From: Escherichia phage 121Q
Reading direction: 5' to 3' (one strand)
Sequence record: NC_025447.1
Length of the DNA stretch: 64,000 nucleotides
The position numbers and the translations under genes are program-made. A model generated the notes under the pieces. The model saw only the letters and a program-made list of their open reading frames with translations, was not told the origin of the DNA and made no database searches. Positions 1-9,870 of the stretch are shown piece by piece. Each line of letters opens with the position of its first letter. The stretch's first letter is position 1.

Positions 1-107
1 GAGGTTCAGATTTAAGAATGCTTCTCACCCTAGACACAGATTCCCAAGAGCGTTTTGTCAATGAGCACATTAGAGCACTTTTAATGGAAATTCAAAGTAA
101 ACTATGA
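1..107 (+). CDS. LGT-QE family small protein (5' partial, runs off window start)
   Basis: In-frame ORF to TGA at 105-107 overlapping next ATG; motif LTLDTDSQERFVNEHIRALL resembles the LGTxxQE core of downstream paralogs. Confidence 0.45.
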   Translation, partial: GSDLRMLLTLDTDSQERFVNEHIRALLMEIQSKL

Positions 108-319
108 AGGTAATATCAAACCAAGAGTACTTGGCACTATTCAGGAAGAATAATCACAAATATATGGCACTTGATTCAAGAACTGATATAAGTGAACTTG
201 AAAAAAATCTTTTGCGTTCAGAGATGATAGTACTGACACTCTTAGGAACACAGCATCAAGAAAGAACTGTTAATTCACACATAGAAATACTTAAGAAGCT
301 TATACAGGAAAAGTTATGA
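104..319 (+). CDS. LGT-QE family small protein
   Basis: 71 aa ORF; core LTLLGTQHQERTVNSHIEIL; ATGA coupling to both neighbours. Confidence 0.6.
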   Translation: MKVISNQEYLALFRKNNHKYMALDSRTDISELEKNLLRSEMIVLTLLGTQHQERTVNSHIEILKKLIQEKL

Positions 320-537
320 GAATCATAACACAACAAGATATTCTTAAGTTCACAAGGGTTCATGCATCTGAATTTGATGCTATATTATCAAAAAGTTACA
401 ACAACCCTTATACAGAAGATGTACACTACAATGAATTATGGGTGTATATACTTTTAGGTACAGATCATCAAGAGCAAGCCGTACAGAGGTATTTGAGTGC
501 TTTAAGTACTGCTACTGCTAATGGAGTATGTGTTTAA
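316..537 (+). CDS. LGT-QE family small protein
   Basis: 73 aa ORF; core YILLGTDHQEQAVQRYLSAL; start overlaps upstream stop. Confidence 0.6.
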   Translation: MRIITQQDILKFTRVHASEFDAILSKSYNNPYTEDVHYNELWVYILLGTDHQEQAVQRYLSALSTATANGVCV

Positions 538-781
538 TATGAAAGTACTATCTGAATTAGAAATGCATAATAGATTATACAAGTACTACCATTTACTTAA
601 ACCTATACAGAGGATTAAGTGTCCCTTTGAAGTGAAACAGGTTTTAATTTATGAGCATAAGTTCTTTGTATCATTAGGTACGAACCATCAAGAGTACTTT
701 TTGAAGTTGTACTTGATTACATTAATAGATTTAATTCACTATAAAACCAAACAAGCTAATAAAGAGAAATATGAAAACTAA
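521..781 (+). CDS. LGT-QE family small protein
   Basis: 86 aa ORF; core FVSLGTNHQEYFLKLY; alternative non-overlapping ATG at 539. Confidence 0.55.
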   Translation: MEYVFNMKVLSELEMHNRLYKYYHLLKPIQRIKCPFEVKQVLIYEHKFFVSLGTNHQEYFLKLYLITLIDLIHYKTKQANKEKYEN

Positions 782-1112
782 AATTCAACTCAGGGTATAC
801 ATATCGTATGAAAATATATACGTTAAAAGTAGTCTATGTAAAGATGTAATGGACTACAAAGGTAAACCATTCACAGTTACTTACAGTTTAACAGGAGGTT
901 TATATATCTCTTTTGCTAATTACGAAAATAATATGTACGAACACATTGACATTGAAGATTTAAGTACTTTATCACCAGAGGAATACTTTCAGGAATCATT
1001 AGTATGGGATTTAGAGTTTCCTATGCCATTAGTACATAAGATGATAGTACTAATGAAAGAATCTAAACAGGAGCCTAATGGTGATTATGAAGAACACATT
1101 ATTGAGTATTAA
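771..1112 (+). CDS. FQxS-core family protein
   Basis: 113 aa; C-terminal core SPEEYFQESLVWD shared with ~50 paralogs. Confidence 0.65.
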   Translation: MKTKIQLRVYISYENIYVKSSLCKDVMDYKGKPFTVTYSLTGGLYISFANYENNMYEHIDIEDLSTLSPEEYFQESLVWDLEFPMPLVHKMIVLMKESKQEPNGDYEEHIIEY

Positions 1113-1144
1113 GAGTTCTGATAGTACTGATAGTACAAATGTTC

Positions 1145-1173
1145 TTGACAGTACTTTTCATTACTGATATAGT
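1145..1173 (+). promoter_or_regulatory. sigma70-like promoter
   Basis: TTGACA, 17-nt spacer, TATAGT in intergenic gap upstream of 1203 ORF. Confidence 0.5.
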
Positions 1174-1202
1174 GCACCAACGTTAATCATAGGGTACAGA
1201 TT

Positions 1203-1448
1203 ATGTTAAAATTTTTAAATTTCCTTATCGTCTTGTGTATTGTTCTTGGAATTGCACCGTTTGTATTAGCGTATCTGGATTCAGATGAAATGCAGAAGAT
1301 GAATTGCACAAAGACAGGACAGAGTAGAGAAGAGACGGTTATGATGCCTGTAACGGTTATTGTGAATAACATACCAATTACGAACATGATTCCTACCCTA
1401 ACGACAACGTACCAGTACTCTTGTACAGATGGAGAGAGGTGGAGATGA
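1203..1448 (+). CDS. hypothetical small protein, hydrophobic N-terminus
   Basis: 81 aa ORF after promoter; N-terminal FLIVLCIVLGIAPFVLAYL looks like a TM helix; minus-strand ORF 1187-1387 judged a shadow. Confidence 0.4.
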   Translation: MLKFLNFLIVLCIVLGIAPFVLAYLDSDEMQKMNCTKTGQSREETVMMPVTVIVNNIPITNMIPTLTTTYQYSCTDGERWR

Positions 1449-1765
1449 AATTTAATATAGCAAAAACATCGAATGTATGTATATTTGGTTATGCAGATGA
1501 GTTAGGTGATATTGACATTCTTTTGTACAAAAAGGATGGTGTTATGCATTTCAAGTACCAGGATGAAGAGGCAGACAATTATCCTTTACCTAATTTAGTA
1601 CAAATGCAGGAAGAGGAATTATTCCAGTACAGCTTAGTATATGACATTGATATTTGCACGATGCCAGTACTAATTAATATTCAAAAAGTGATGCTCGATG
1701 TGTTTGATAGGCTAATACAAGGCACACAAGGAAGAACCATATATGTCAATGTACAAGACAATTAA
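1421..1765 (+). CDS. FQxS-core family protein
   Basis: core QEEELFQYSLVYD. Confidence 0.65.
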   Translation: MYRWREVEMKFNIAKTSNVCIFGYADELGDIDILLYKKDGVMHFKYQDEEADNYPLPNLVQMQEEELFQYSLVYDIDICTMPVLINIQKVMLDVFDRLIQGTQGRTIYVNVQDN

Positions 1766-1958
1766 TCAAGAATGGAAGACCCAAAAGTACAGGGAATTCA
1801 GTACTAGTTTAACAAAAGATGCATTGAATTTAAAAAGAACAGAGTTTGATATGTTTATTTTTCTTGGAACACGTTCACAGGAACAATACATTCATTATTA
1901 TATAAGTTCATTGCGAACGGAGATCGTATGCAAAACACAGGGTATTATAAAAAAGTAA
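1743..1958 (+). CDS. LGT-QE family small protein
   Basis: core FIFLGTRSQEQYIHYYISSL. Confidence 0.6.
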   Translation: MSMYKTINQEWKTQKYREFSTSLTKDALNLKRTEFDMFIFLGTRSQEQYIHYYISSLRTEIVCKTQGIIKK

Positions 1959-2194
1959 ACCAATATTTGTACGCTACAAAGTACAGGGATTTTTGTTTAA
2001 AGGGTGGTGATGAAGATTTTTCTTTGCGATTATCAGAATTTAATCTGTTATTTTATCTTGGTACATCGGAACAAGAAGAAATGGCACAGAAATTTATCAA
2101 GCACCTTGAACAAAAAATTCATATGCAAATTTTGATGCTTAAGGTACATAATGAGATAAACAAATATGAACCCAACAATAGTACAGGATCTTAA
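1928..2194 (+). CDS. LGT-QE family small protein
   Basis: core LFYLGTSEQEEMAQKFIKHL. Confidence 0.6.
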   Translation: MQNTGYYKKVNQYLYATKYRDFCLKGGDEDFSLRLSEFNLLFYLGTSEQEEMAQKFIKHLEQKIHMQILMLKVHNEINKYEPNNSTGS

Positions 2195-2552
2195 ACAAGT
2201 AATATTCCTTTTGAATACAAGAAGTGAATTGTATACAGAGTTAGAAGAGATTAATGCATTTTATCAGAATTTTGTAATTCAAGAGTTCAGTGATTTAATT
2301 ACAGATGCATTATTTGAATTCTCGGAGAAATACAAAGGAACAGAGTTCAGTGTTAAGAATGTTATTCGTCCAATTACAAGGAAAATTATATTATCACATT
2401 TTACATTTGACAATAAAGATTTATTCAGTCATAATCCAAGTACAGCTTTATATTTTATTCCTGATTCAGACAAAAATCATCCTATTCATTACGGATGGAT
2501 TTTGTCGTACATAGTACAAGGAAAGGAGTATCCTATTAAATGGAACGATTAG
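2166..2552 (+). CDS. hypothetical protein
   Basis: 128 aa ORF in gene-dense + strand array; no recognisable motif. Confidence 0.45.
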   Translation: MNPTIVQDLKQVIFLLNTRSELYTELEEINAFYQNFVIQEFSDLITDALFEFSEKYKGTEFSVKNVIRPITRKIILSHFTFDNKDLFSHNPSTALYFIPDSDKNHPIHYGWILSYIVQGKEYPIKWND

Positions 2553-2900
2553 GGCGATTAGATTATTACACAATTAATACAAATTATTTGTTGCGTAATA
2601 TAAAATCCGATTACAAAATATGGATAAAGAACAGAGATAGTATGTGTTATGAATTTTATTTAGATTATGCCATCAAACGCTTTTTAAGAGAAGAACATTA
2701 ATGCACACCACGCACACAGAGCACAAAAATACAAAAACGATAAATGTTTTAAATGATTCTTTATTGGTGAGTATAAATTTATATTATAAAATTCATTTAA
2801 ATGGTGGTATTGAAAATTTTAGTTATTATTTGAGTACAATATCGCAAGAGCATTTAATATACCAAGATCATTTATTGCACCCGAATCCATAAGGCAAATT

Positions 2901-3446
2901 ATGAATGATATAGAATTATTAGCACACAAGATTAGTACAATAATGCTTATCCTCAATAACAACCATCCTATATCGAAGATAGATGGAATCCTGAGTCAGA
3001 GGACAGGTGGTAGTTTATATTTGACATTAACAGAGGTTATCGCAAGGAATTACATTGATATTGAAATCGAGAACAGTGATGCATCAGGAAAGGTTGATGT
3101 AGGTGCATTAATCAGTTCAAATCCAGTATCAGCATCCCCATTGACCAAAGGTGTTAGTACAGGATTCGAAGGGTATTTGTGGTACAATACCAATGATGAT
3201 TATTTTATATATCAGCATTCCAATACAAATTATGATGAAGACAAATTTCAGTTCATAGACCCTTATGATGAAGCTGAAGTATTTCAAAAATCATTAATCA
3301 CAAAACCGCATGAGATGATGTATCTAATGTTATTCAGTACAATGCATTTGAATCCATTAATTAAAGGTTTAAAATTTTATATTCAATTGAATTTAGTCCA
3401 TGTAGTTTATGATTTATTAATGCAAGGATATAGTTATGAAGTATAA
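2901..3446 (+). CDS. FQxS-core family protein
   Basis: core DEAEVFQKSLITKP. Confidence 0.6.
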   Translation: MNDIELLAHKISTIMLILNNNHPISKIDGILSQRTGGSLYLTLTEVIARNYIDIEIENSDASGKVDVGALISSNPVSASPLTKGVSTGFEGYLWYNTNDDYFIYQHSNTNYDEDKFQFIDPYDEAEVFQKSLITKPHEMMYLMLFSTMHLNPLIKGLKFYIQLNLVHVVYDLLMQGYSYEV

Positions 3447-3753
3447 AATGCTTAATACAGTATCAGGGGTATATGTAGAATTAGAATCCGATTATTCAGA
3501 TGGATGGAATTTTATTAAACGACACGATAGAAATACATGGTACATGGCACATTTGGATAATGACGTAATAATAGATAATTTTGTCGATTTTAATACATTA
3601 TCAGAAGAAGAATTTTTCCAAATGCAATTTGTGCTTGATACAAATGGATTTGATTTGCTATTATTAAGGAATATTCAGAAAGCGGTTAATGAATTCATAA
3701 TCCAAAATAATTCAGGTAAAATGGGGATGTTCCATGATCTGGAAGTACAATGA
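3436..3753 (+). CDS. FQxS-core family protein
   Basis: core SEEEFFQMQFVLD. Confidence 0.6.
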   Translation: MKYKMLNTVSGVYVELESDYSDGWNFIKRHDRNTWYMAHLDNDVIIDNFVDFNTLSEEEFFQMQFVLDTNGFDLLLLRNIQKAVNEFIIQNNSGKMGMFHDLEVQ

Positions 3754-4291
3754 AATTCAGTACACCTACGCTAATGCAATCCTTATGGGACAAAAGTTAG
3801 CTTGTATTGTTGCAGCCTTATATAATGCCCAGAAATATCACAAGCGTCATTTCCACAAATGTATTGGTATTATTCCATCGAAGTACAATACATATATTGC
3901 GTGCACGAGTCATTTTGATAAACGATTCAATACACCTGATACCCCAAATGCCAGTAGTGTTATTGGTCTTTTGGATTTCGCACCTGGTGCTGTTATTGGA
4001 AAGAATGATTTAGAGTACACATGGTATAATAAAAATGCCCCGTTAGTAATGGTAAAATATGATACAGAAACGAATAAAACAATAGAGTACAATACATATA
4101 AATCAGAGGAAGAATTTTTCCAAGGTTCATTGCTTGTGCCAGTGCGTTTGTTGTTTTATAATGTCCTTATTAGTACAGTACACAATAGTCCATTACACAA
4201 GAATCACAAAATTAATTTCAATTTTTGTGCTTATGCGATTGATGGTGTGTATGAGTGTTTAATGGAGGTATTGAGTTATGAAGCTGAATAA
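3734..4291 (+). CDS. FQxS-core family protein
   Basis: core SEEEFFQGSLLVP. Confidence 0.6.
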   Translation: MIWKYNEIQYTYANAILMGQKLACIVAALYNAQKYHKRHFHKCIGIIPSKYNTYIACTSHFDKRFNTPDTPNASSVIGLLDFAPGAVIGKNDLEYTWYNKNAPLVMVKYDTETNKTIEYNTYKSEEEFFQGSLLVPVRLLFYNVLISTVHNSPLHKNHKINFNFCAYAIDGVYECLMEVLSYEAE

Positions 4292-4619
4292 TACATTTGA
4301 TATTAATAAGTTAAGAGAATGGTTTTATAGTATTGAAATTGAAGCCATCCCGTATCATAGATATGAACAATATAATTTAACCAGTATTGATATCAGTGAG
4401 TTGTACGCGTATTATCAAAGTGCATTAGAGATGCATAAGTTATTTTTGAGTACAGATTTTGTTCTAAATTACAATTTTGAGGAATTTAATAATTATAATT
4501 TAGTACAGAAATATGTAGTAGCAAAGTATATGTACCTTCAAGGAATTACAAGTAATTTGGAATTCAATACAGTCCTTGCTTTAGTTGAGGTAATTTTATG
4601 CAGTACATGTATGATTTAG
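4278..4619 (+). CDS. hypothetical protein
   Basis: 113 aa ORF, overlaps neighbours by a few nt; no family motif seen. Confidence 0.45.
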   Translation: MKLNNTFDINKLREWFYSIEIEAIPYHRYEQYNLTSIDISELYAYYQSALEMHKLFLSTDFVLNYNFEEFNNYNLVQKYVVAKYMYLQGITSNLEFNTVLALVEVILCSTCMI

Positions 4620-5104
4620 AGTTCAGCTTAGATGCTGCATTTAAATATGTTCACAAGATAGAAACAATATACAGTACATTATGTGCAATACAATCAGTAT
4701 CATCTGAGTTTGATGTTGGTGAAAAATATCAGGTATGGAATAATACATTTCTAAACAAAGAACGTTGCTCTACGGGGTTTAATATTTTAACATTTAATCC
4801 CAGCAATTGTTACCCAGAGAAGCATGAACGTTATCCGAATGACGACATGTGGTTTGATTACACAAAAGATGGTGATATGTCATCCCTTGTAGTTCCTGAT
4901 GATTTTAATGCCGAAGATTTAACGGAAGAGTGGTGGTTTCAACAGAATTTAGTACACGATGATATTGATTTATTTTTTTATGTAGTATTTAAAATGCTTT
5001 ACCACAACAATATATTAAAAGATAGTGTGTTTTTTTCATGTCTATATATTGATGATTTGTACAATGAAATCCAAATCAACATTCCCAGCACGCCTGTATC
5101 GTAA
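4598..5104 (+). CDS. FQxS-core family protein
   Basis: core TEEWWFQQNLVHDD. Confidence 0.6.
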   Translation: MQYMYDLEFSLDAAFKYVHKIETIYSTLCAIQSVSSEFDVGEKYQVWNNTFLNKERCSTGFNILTFNPSNCYPEKHERYPNDDMWFDYTKDGDMSSLVVPDDFNAEDLTEEWWFQQNLVHDDIDLFFYVVFKMLYHNNILKDSVFFSCLYIDDLYNEIQINIPSTPVS

Positions 5105-5129
5105 GATATGGGCTTTTTTCGTTTTGGTA

Positions 5130-5158
5130 TTGACAAAGAAGTGCAAAGCTGTTATCAT
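5130..5158 (+). promoter_or_regulatory. sigma70-like promoter
   Basis: TTGACA, 17 nt, TATCAT upstream of AAGGAG RBS. Confidence 0.5.
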
Positions 5159-5186
5159 GTGTAATCATTTTAAAGGAGAACATATA

Positions 5187-5687
5187 GTGAGTTTCATAAT
5201 CCCAAGTACATACGAAGATGCATCAAGTGCAGTTCATAAGATTCATTATATTTTTAATTTAATTATTAGATCTGCAAAAATTAAAATGTATGCACCTCTT
5301 GTGACAAATAATCGAAATGAAGAAATTTTTATTAGCACAGACAAAATTATTTTTCCATATTTCAATGAAGATAGATTGTGGTTCATACATTTAGCTGCAT
5401 TACAAAAATATAAGATGTCAATTCGTAATAATTTGGTTATACCGTTATATCATCCCGATATTGGAGAGGATGAGTATTTTCAGTACAGCACAGTACACCA
5501 CCATGAAGATATCTTTGCTGCTATGCTTATTGCTAAATTGAACACCGTTGATTTGGAGCAGTACAAATACAATAATAAATCATGTAAGATCATAATCCCT
5601 GCATTCATAGCTCTTTATGATTATGTGGTGCATAACAAAAAAGATGATACATATGCTTTCAATGAAGAGTATTTGAATTTTTTTTAA
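5187..5687 (+). CDS. FQxS-core family protein (GTG start)
   Basis: AAGGAG 8 nt upstream of in-frame GTG at 5187; core GEDEYFQYSTVHHH; ORF-track start at 5025 would run through the promoter. Confidence 0.55.
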   Translation: MSFIIPSTYEDASSAVHKIHYIFNLIIRSAKIKMYAPLVTNNRNEEIFISTDKIIFPYFNEDRLWFIHLAALQKYKMSIRNNLVIPLYHPDIGEDEYFQYSTVHHHEDIFAAMLIAKLNTVDLEQYKYNNKSCKIIIPAFIALYDYVVHNKKDDTYAFNEEYLNFF

Positions 5688-5696
5688 GGAGAACAT

Positions 5697-6224
5697 ATGA
5701 GCAGTGACGTGCAGAAATCAATGACATTCAATGAAATTGGTGCATTTAAAGATAAGATCATTGATTGTCTTGAATACATGATTTGTAGTAATATCGAAAG
5801 TATCGAGATATTTAACAAGACAAATCGCTCTTACCATATGATGTACATTGCAAACAATAATGGTATCATTCCATTTATTTCGGATAGTACAATATGGTAC
5901 GCATGTGATACGAAAAAAACCACAATAGGTTTACATTTATTTGAGACACATTATGATCTAATTATTCCTGAACATTGTATGCAAGAAGAAGAATATTTTC
6001 AAATGCAATGTATACATTCACCATTAGTGTTGTTTAGTTTATATATTATACCTTATATCACCAAATGTGTTCATGAGAATAAAGCTCCGTGGAATCATGA
6101 ATTTGTATCGTTGAAGTTATTGTATAATGTATTAGTAGAATATTATGATTACAGGCACAATGGTACAATCAGTGATGTATGGGATTTTGAATCGCTAAGG
6201 GTGAAAACATACACAGGTGAATGA
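5697..6224 (+). CDS. FQxS-core family protein
   Basis: AAGGAG RBS; core QEEEYFQMQCIHSP. Confidence 0.65.
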   Translation: MSSDVQKSMTFNEIGAFKDKIIDCLEYMICSNIESIEIFNKTNRSYHMMYIANNNGIIPFISDSTIWYACDTKKTTIGLHLFETHYDLIIPEHCMQEEEYFQMQCIHSPLVLFSLYIIPYITKCVHENKAPWNHEFVSLKLLYNVLVEYYDYRHNGTISDVWDFESLRVKTYTGE

Positions 6225-6840
6225 TATGACCAGAATTAAAATGTATGATTTGATGCAGTACAGTAAAATTGCCATTCCAGTGCTTAATAAAGTGCTGGAT
6301 GCATTCATTGCCAAATACCCTGAGAATTCAGTGTTATGTATTCCATTTAGTGTTCCAGATAAAGATGATATATTCCAAGTGAATGTCAGTACACGTGGTA
6401 TTACATTGCAGCAGAAATACATGGATACGGAATATTATGGAATAAAGTTGGATTCAGTACAGGGTTCAAAATCAGCCTATGATTTTTTTGTTCCTAATAA
6501 TATAGAGTCATGGGAAACAAACATTTCAAAGAAAGATGAAAATGATGTTCCTATTAGTGGTGTGTTCAACAATAAAGTTTTTTATTATTACGAAACCGAC
6601 AAATTCCCTGAAGAGTTATATTACAATTCAGAAATGAGTGAGGATATAGATGCATTCATGTTTCAATTATCTTTAGTACATGATATCATTGATGTTCAAG
6701 AGTTAAGAGCAGAAATCAATTTAGCTAAAGAGTTATCGGACATGCTGCCACCGTTTAGTATGCTTTTTTGTGAAGGAGGTTATTTTTCAAAAGAAGTGTT
6801 TGAACATTTCGTAGATGTTGTAAAAGGGTTGGATATATAG
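6217..6840 (+). CDS. FQxS-core family protein
   Basis: core DIDAFMFQLSLVHD. Confidence 0.6.
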   Translation: MNDMTRIKMYDLMQYSKIAIPVLNKVLDAFIAKYPENSVLCIPFSVPDKDDIFQVNVSTRGITLQQKYMDTEYYGIKLDSVQGSKSAYDFFVPNNIESWETNISKKDENDVPISGVFNNKVFYYYETDKFPEELYYNSEMSEDIDAFMFQLSLVHDIIDVQELRAEINLAKELSDMLPPFSMLFCEGGYFSKEVFEHFVDVVKGLDI

Positions 6841-6841
6841 T

Positions 6842-7036
6842 ATGCTTATAATTGATATTAAACAAAAATACCGTAAGTTTGATTGGTTCACCGATAGTTT
6901 CCAGCTTGAATTATTACATATGAATATCAGTGAAACATTATGTGCAGAAACACAAGATGAATTTGATGATAGAGTGATGAACATAGTAATGCTTTCTTGC
7001 TTTAAACATTTTGGTTATTTTTTCGGACAGAATTGA
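6842..7036 (+). CDS. hypothetical small protein
   Basis: 64 aa ORF tightly following upstream stop. Confidence 0.4.
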   Translation: MLIIDIKQKYRKFDWFTDSFQLELLHMNISETLCAETQDEFDDRVMNIVMLSCFKHFGYFFGQN

Positions 7037-7045
7037 GGTAAAAAA

Positions 7046-7561
7046 ATGCATCAACACAAGCATCATTCATATGATTTTGCAATTAACATTATGAAGTTCA
7101 TTCGAGCGTTGGAGGATGGGAAGCTTAGTCATAAGTACAGGAAAGAGGGTAACAATTGGTTCAGAAATGATTCCGAGTTCAGTTGTCATAAAATCGTGTA
7201 TAGTAATCAGTACAGTGCCAATTACCTACAAGATGTAGTGATGTGTTTTGAATACGTGTTGCAGTTCAGGGGTTCAATCCAAGATGAGTTGATGGAGAAC
7301 ATGTACATCCGATACCTTCCAATGCTCAAAGATGAAAATGTATTATTAAATTCAATATACCAACGAGTTCGTGAAATTGAGTGCAGGGATATATTAGATA
7401 CAGAAGAATCGTATTTCCAGCATTCCCTGATTTATTCACCTGATTTATTACAGGTACATAATTTGTTTAATACATTACGTCAGAACATCAGTACAGACAT
7501 ATTTTTGTCATTATCGGATTATGATACATTTGTCAAAGATTTAGAGGAAATAGGTTTATGA
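7046..7561 (+). CDS. FQxS-core family protein
   Basis: core TEESYFQHSLIYSP. Confidence 0.6.
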   Translation: MHQHKHHSYDFAINIMKFIRALEDGKLSHKYRKEGNNWFRNDSEFSCHKIVYSNQYSANYLQDVVMCFEYVLQFRGSIQDELMENMYIRYLPMLKDENVLLNSIYQRVREIECRDILDTEESYFQHSLIYSPDLLQVHNLFNTLRQNISTDIFLSLSDYDTFVKDLEEIGL

Positions 7562-7899
7562 GTCGATTTTCGGTTTGTGTGGTAAACATAAAAAGTGATG
7601 GTAGTTTAATTGAATTAGATGTATATGATGATGATAATGCATATGGTATTAAAGTACAGGACAATGATGTGCAGTTCAGTTCAAGAACAAATTTTGAAAA
7701 TCCAGTCCAAGTTCCTAATTTCATAGAAGATGAAGCAGCACGTTTCCAATACGAAACGGCATATGACAATGTACATATGCATATTATTATGCAACAAAGT
7801 TTAGTTCAATTAGTTCCTTTGTTCAGACAAAATATATATGTACATGAATTGTCGATCAATGACGTTCGCAGTTCCGTATTGTTCGATACAAATATGTAA
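7558..7899 (+). CDS. FQxS-core family protein (divergent)
   Basis: core DEAARFQYETAYD. Confidence 0.55.
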   Translation: MSRFSVCVVNIKSDGSLIELDVYDDDNAYGIKVQDNDVQFSSRTNFENPVQVPNFIEDEAARFQYETAYDNVHMHIIMQQSLVQLVPLFRQNIYVHELSINDVRSSVLFDTNM

Positions 7900-7909
7900 G
7901 GAAAGTACA

Positions 7910-8461
7910 ATGAGTTCAATGAGTTTATTAGATACATTAGAAAAAGACAGAAGTGCAATTAAGCGTTTAAAAGAGCAAGTACAAAAGATTGTATACAACG
8001 TTGATAAGTTTGAAGTCCCAGGAAGATTTGGTGATATTTCCCATACGGAGATCAAATCCCTTAAGTCAGATTTGTTGATTAAAAATAAAAATGGGTTGAT
8101 TTTAGTTTTGAGTTCAGATATGATGGGGGCAACACATAGTTATAATGCAGTATCGGTGCGTTCCGAGTGTGAAGGTATATATCTATCACAGGGTTTCAAT
8201 AGCGAGACACAGGTTTGTTTTTGTGATGCAGTACATGATCCTATGAAGTTCACGAGAAGTGAAGCCCAAGCGTTATTAGAGCTATCAGACGAGAGTTTGT
8301 TTCAGTACAGTACAATGTATGACAATGATAAGCTTCGTTGTATGTACGCTGTAAAGCATTATACACAGGAGTTTTCTGGATTTGCATACCTTTTAGTTAG
8401 AACCAATACCAGATATATTGATATGTTAGAAGATTACATCGATAAAGTTGTTAATGTATGA
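7910..8461 (+). CDS. FQxS-core family protein
   Basis: ATG at 7910 after AGGAAAG; core SDESLFQYSTMYD. Confidence 0.6.
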   Translation: MSSMSLLDTLEKDRSAIKRLKEQVQKIVYNVDKFEVPGRFGDISHTEIKSLKSDLLIKNKNGLILVLSSDMMGATHSYNAVSVRSECEGIYLSQGFNSETQVCFCDAVHDPMKFTRSEAQALLELSDESLFQYSTMYDNDKLRCMYAVKHYTQEFSGFAYLLVRTNTRYIDMLEDYIDKVVNV

Positions 8462-8615
8462 TTTTGTGATGGGATGATGCTAATGAAAGAGTTATTTGAA
8501 GATCAGTTCAATACATATGTGGATAATATTCTTTATTCCAGTCGTGCCAGTCAACGAGGAAATCGTGCTTACAATATTGATTACCTATTGGTGGTGCTGA
8601 GTTCACAGTACACCA

Positions 8616-8846
8616 ATGCGGTACAAAGGGTTTATTATGAAAAGTGCAAGTAATAGTGATATTGCAAAGGAGAAGTTTAAGTGCAGTTTAGATTACGGTT
8701 TAAATGATTTTCTTACATGCACAATGTACAGGAATGATGATTATGAGCAATCCGTAATTTCGTTGCACAGATATTTCGAAATAATTTACGCAAGATATCT
8801 TAGAAGGTTAGAGGGAATAGGGGATTGGAATTATGATTACGTTTGA
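8616..8846 (+). CDS. hypothetical small protein
   Basis: 76 aa ORF; start uncertain (alternative ATG at 8637). Confidence 0.4.
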   Translation: MRYKGFIMKSASNSDIAKEKFKCSLDYGLNDFLTCTMYRNDDYEQSVISLHRYFEIIYARYLRRLEGIGDWNYDYV

Positions 8847-9069
8847 AGAACCAGAAACAATGAGTCCATATACGATGAAAGGTTTTGAATTCATGATGGA
8901 TTCGATTTTGAAGAATTCGTGTTTAGTACACAATCCTGAGCGTGCAACAGTGAGGGAATATCAGGACAATGCATTACAGCGTGTAATGAATATGTACAGG
9001 AATACGAGTCGCAAGCTTTGTGCGTTGAAAAGGATTGAAGAAATCAAGGTTTCTAGGCTGAATAAATAG
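8833..9069 (+). CDS. hypothetical small protein
   Basis: 78 aa ORF overlapping upstream gene end. Confidence 0.4.
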   Translation: MITFEEPETMSPYTMKGFEFMMDSILKNSCLVHNPERATVREYQDNALQRVMNMYRNTSRKLCALKRIEEIKVSRLNK

Positions 9070-9268
9070 AGACGTTTCATTTTGACAGGCCGCAGGGGGG
9101 GTCAAAAAAATTTCCGCTGAAAAACATGCTAAGGTATATGTTTAATATAAAGTTTTATATTGTGTTTTTCAGAGTACAGTTCATGTTTCCTGAAACAAAA
9201 AAAATACCCCGCCACCGAACGTGCTCTTTATATTGGAGTTTACCTTATTAATTATAGTAGAGATTAAG

Positions 9269-9646
9269 ATGGAAATAAAATATAATGAATTTTGTGCAAG
9301 GACATGGATGTACACTGGTGAGTTAGTTACGCACTCTAACTTATACAAGGGTGATTTAAACTACGCCAGGGACAAGATTTTAAAGTACTGGAATGCTGAC
9401 TTTTATTTGATGGATTTTAGTACTGGGTTTAGGGGTAAAGCAACCGAGATGTTGGACTATACAGTACTTGATGATGCTGCACTGTTTCAGGAGGCATTAG
9501 TATTTGATAAGAAGTACATCTGTACATTAGAAGAGATGATTGAATTACAGCGTAGAATTAAATGTATTCACAGGGAATGTATAGATATCTGGTGCAGTAC
9601 TGGTGAAGATAATTTTTGTAATCATTTCAATCTAGGGGAAGTGTGA
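9269..9646 (+). CDS. FQxS-core family protein
   Basis: ATG at 9269 (ORF-track start 9221 is GTG with no RBS); core DDAALFQEALVFDKKYICT nearly identical to 10235 and 10588 genes. Confidence 0.55.
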   Translation: MEIKYNEFCARTWMYTGELVTHSNLYKGDLNYARDKILKYWNADFYLMDFSTGFRGKATEMLDYTVLDDAALFQEALVFDKKYICTLEEMIELQRRIKCIHRECIDIWCSTGEDNFCNHFNLGEV

Positions 9647-9870
9647 TGGAATTTGATTTTTTAATATCAGTACATACGGTCAAGGGTGCACCTCAGTACC
9701 TTTGTAATTTAAACAAAGGTGATTTGATTATGGATACAGATACAGAGGTTGTATACAGTTCTAATGTTCTGTGCAAGGAATTTCAGAATTCGAAAATGCT
9801 TGAGTTATTGTGCATTGCTGATTGTAATATTCTGTACAAATTCAGTACTAATCTGAAGGAGATTTTATGA
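9643..9870 (+). CDS. truncated FQxS-family paralog (N-terminal module only)
   Basis: N-terminus MEFDFLISVH...CNLNKGDL matches the 10235 gene but the ORF ends before the FQxS core. Confidence 0.45.
   Translation: MMEFDFLISVHTVKGAPQYLCNLNKGDLIMDTDTEVVYSSNVLCKEFQNSKMLELLCIADCNILYKFSTNLKEIL

Noticed and set aside
9082-9110. TTGACA at 9082 plus A-rich segment as a promoter
   Set aside because: No acceptable -10 hexamer at the right spacing; the adjacent G-run suggests a different role (see the GC-rich motif finding).
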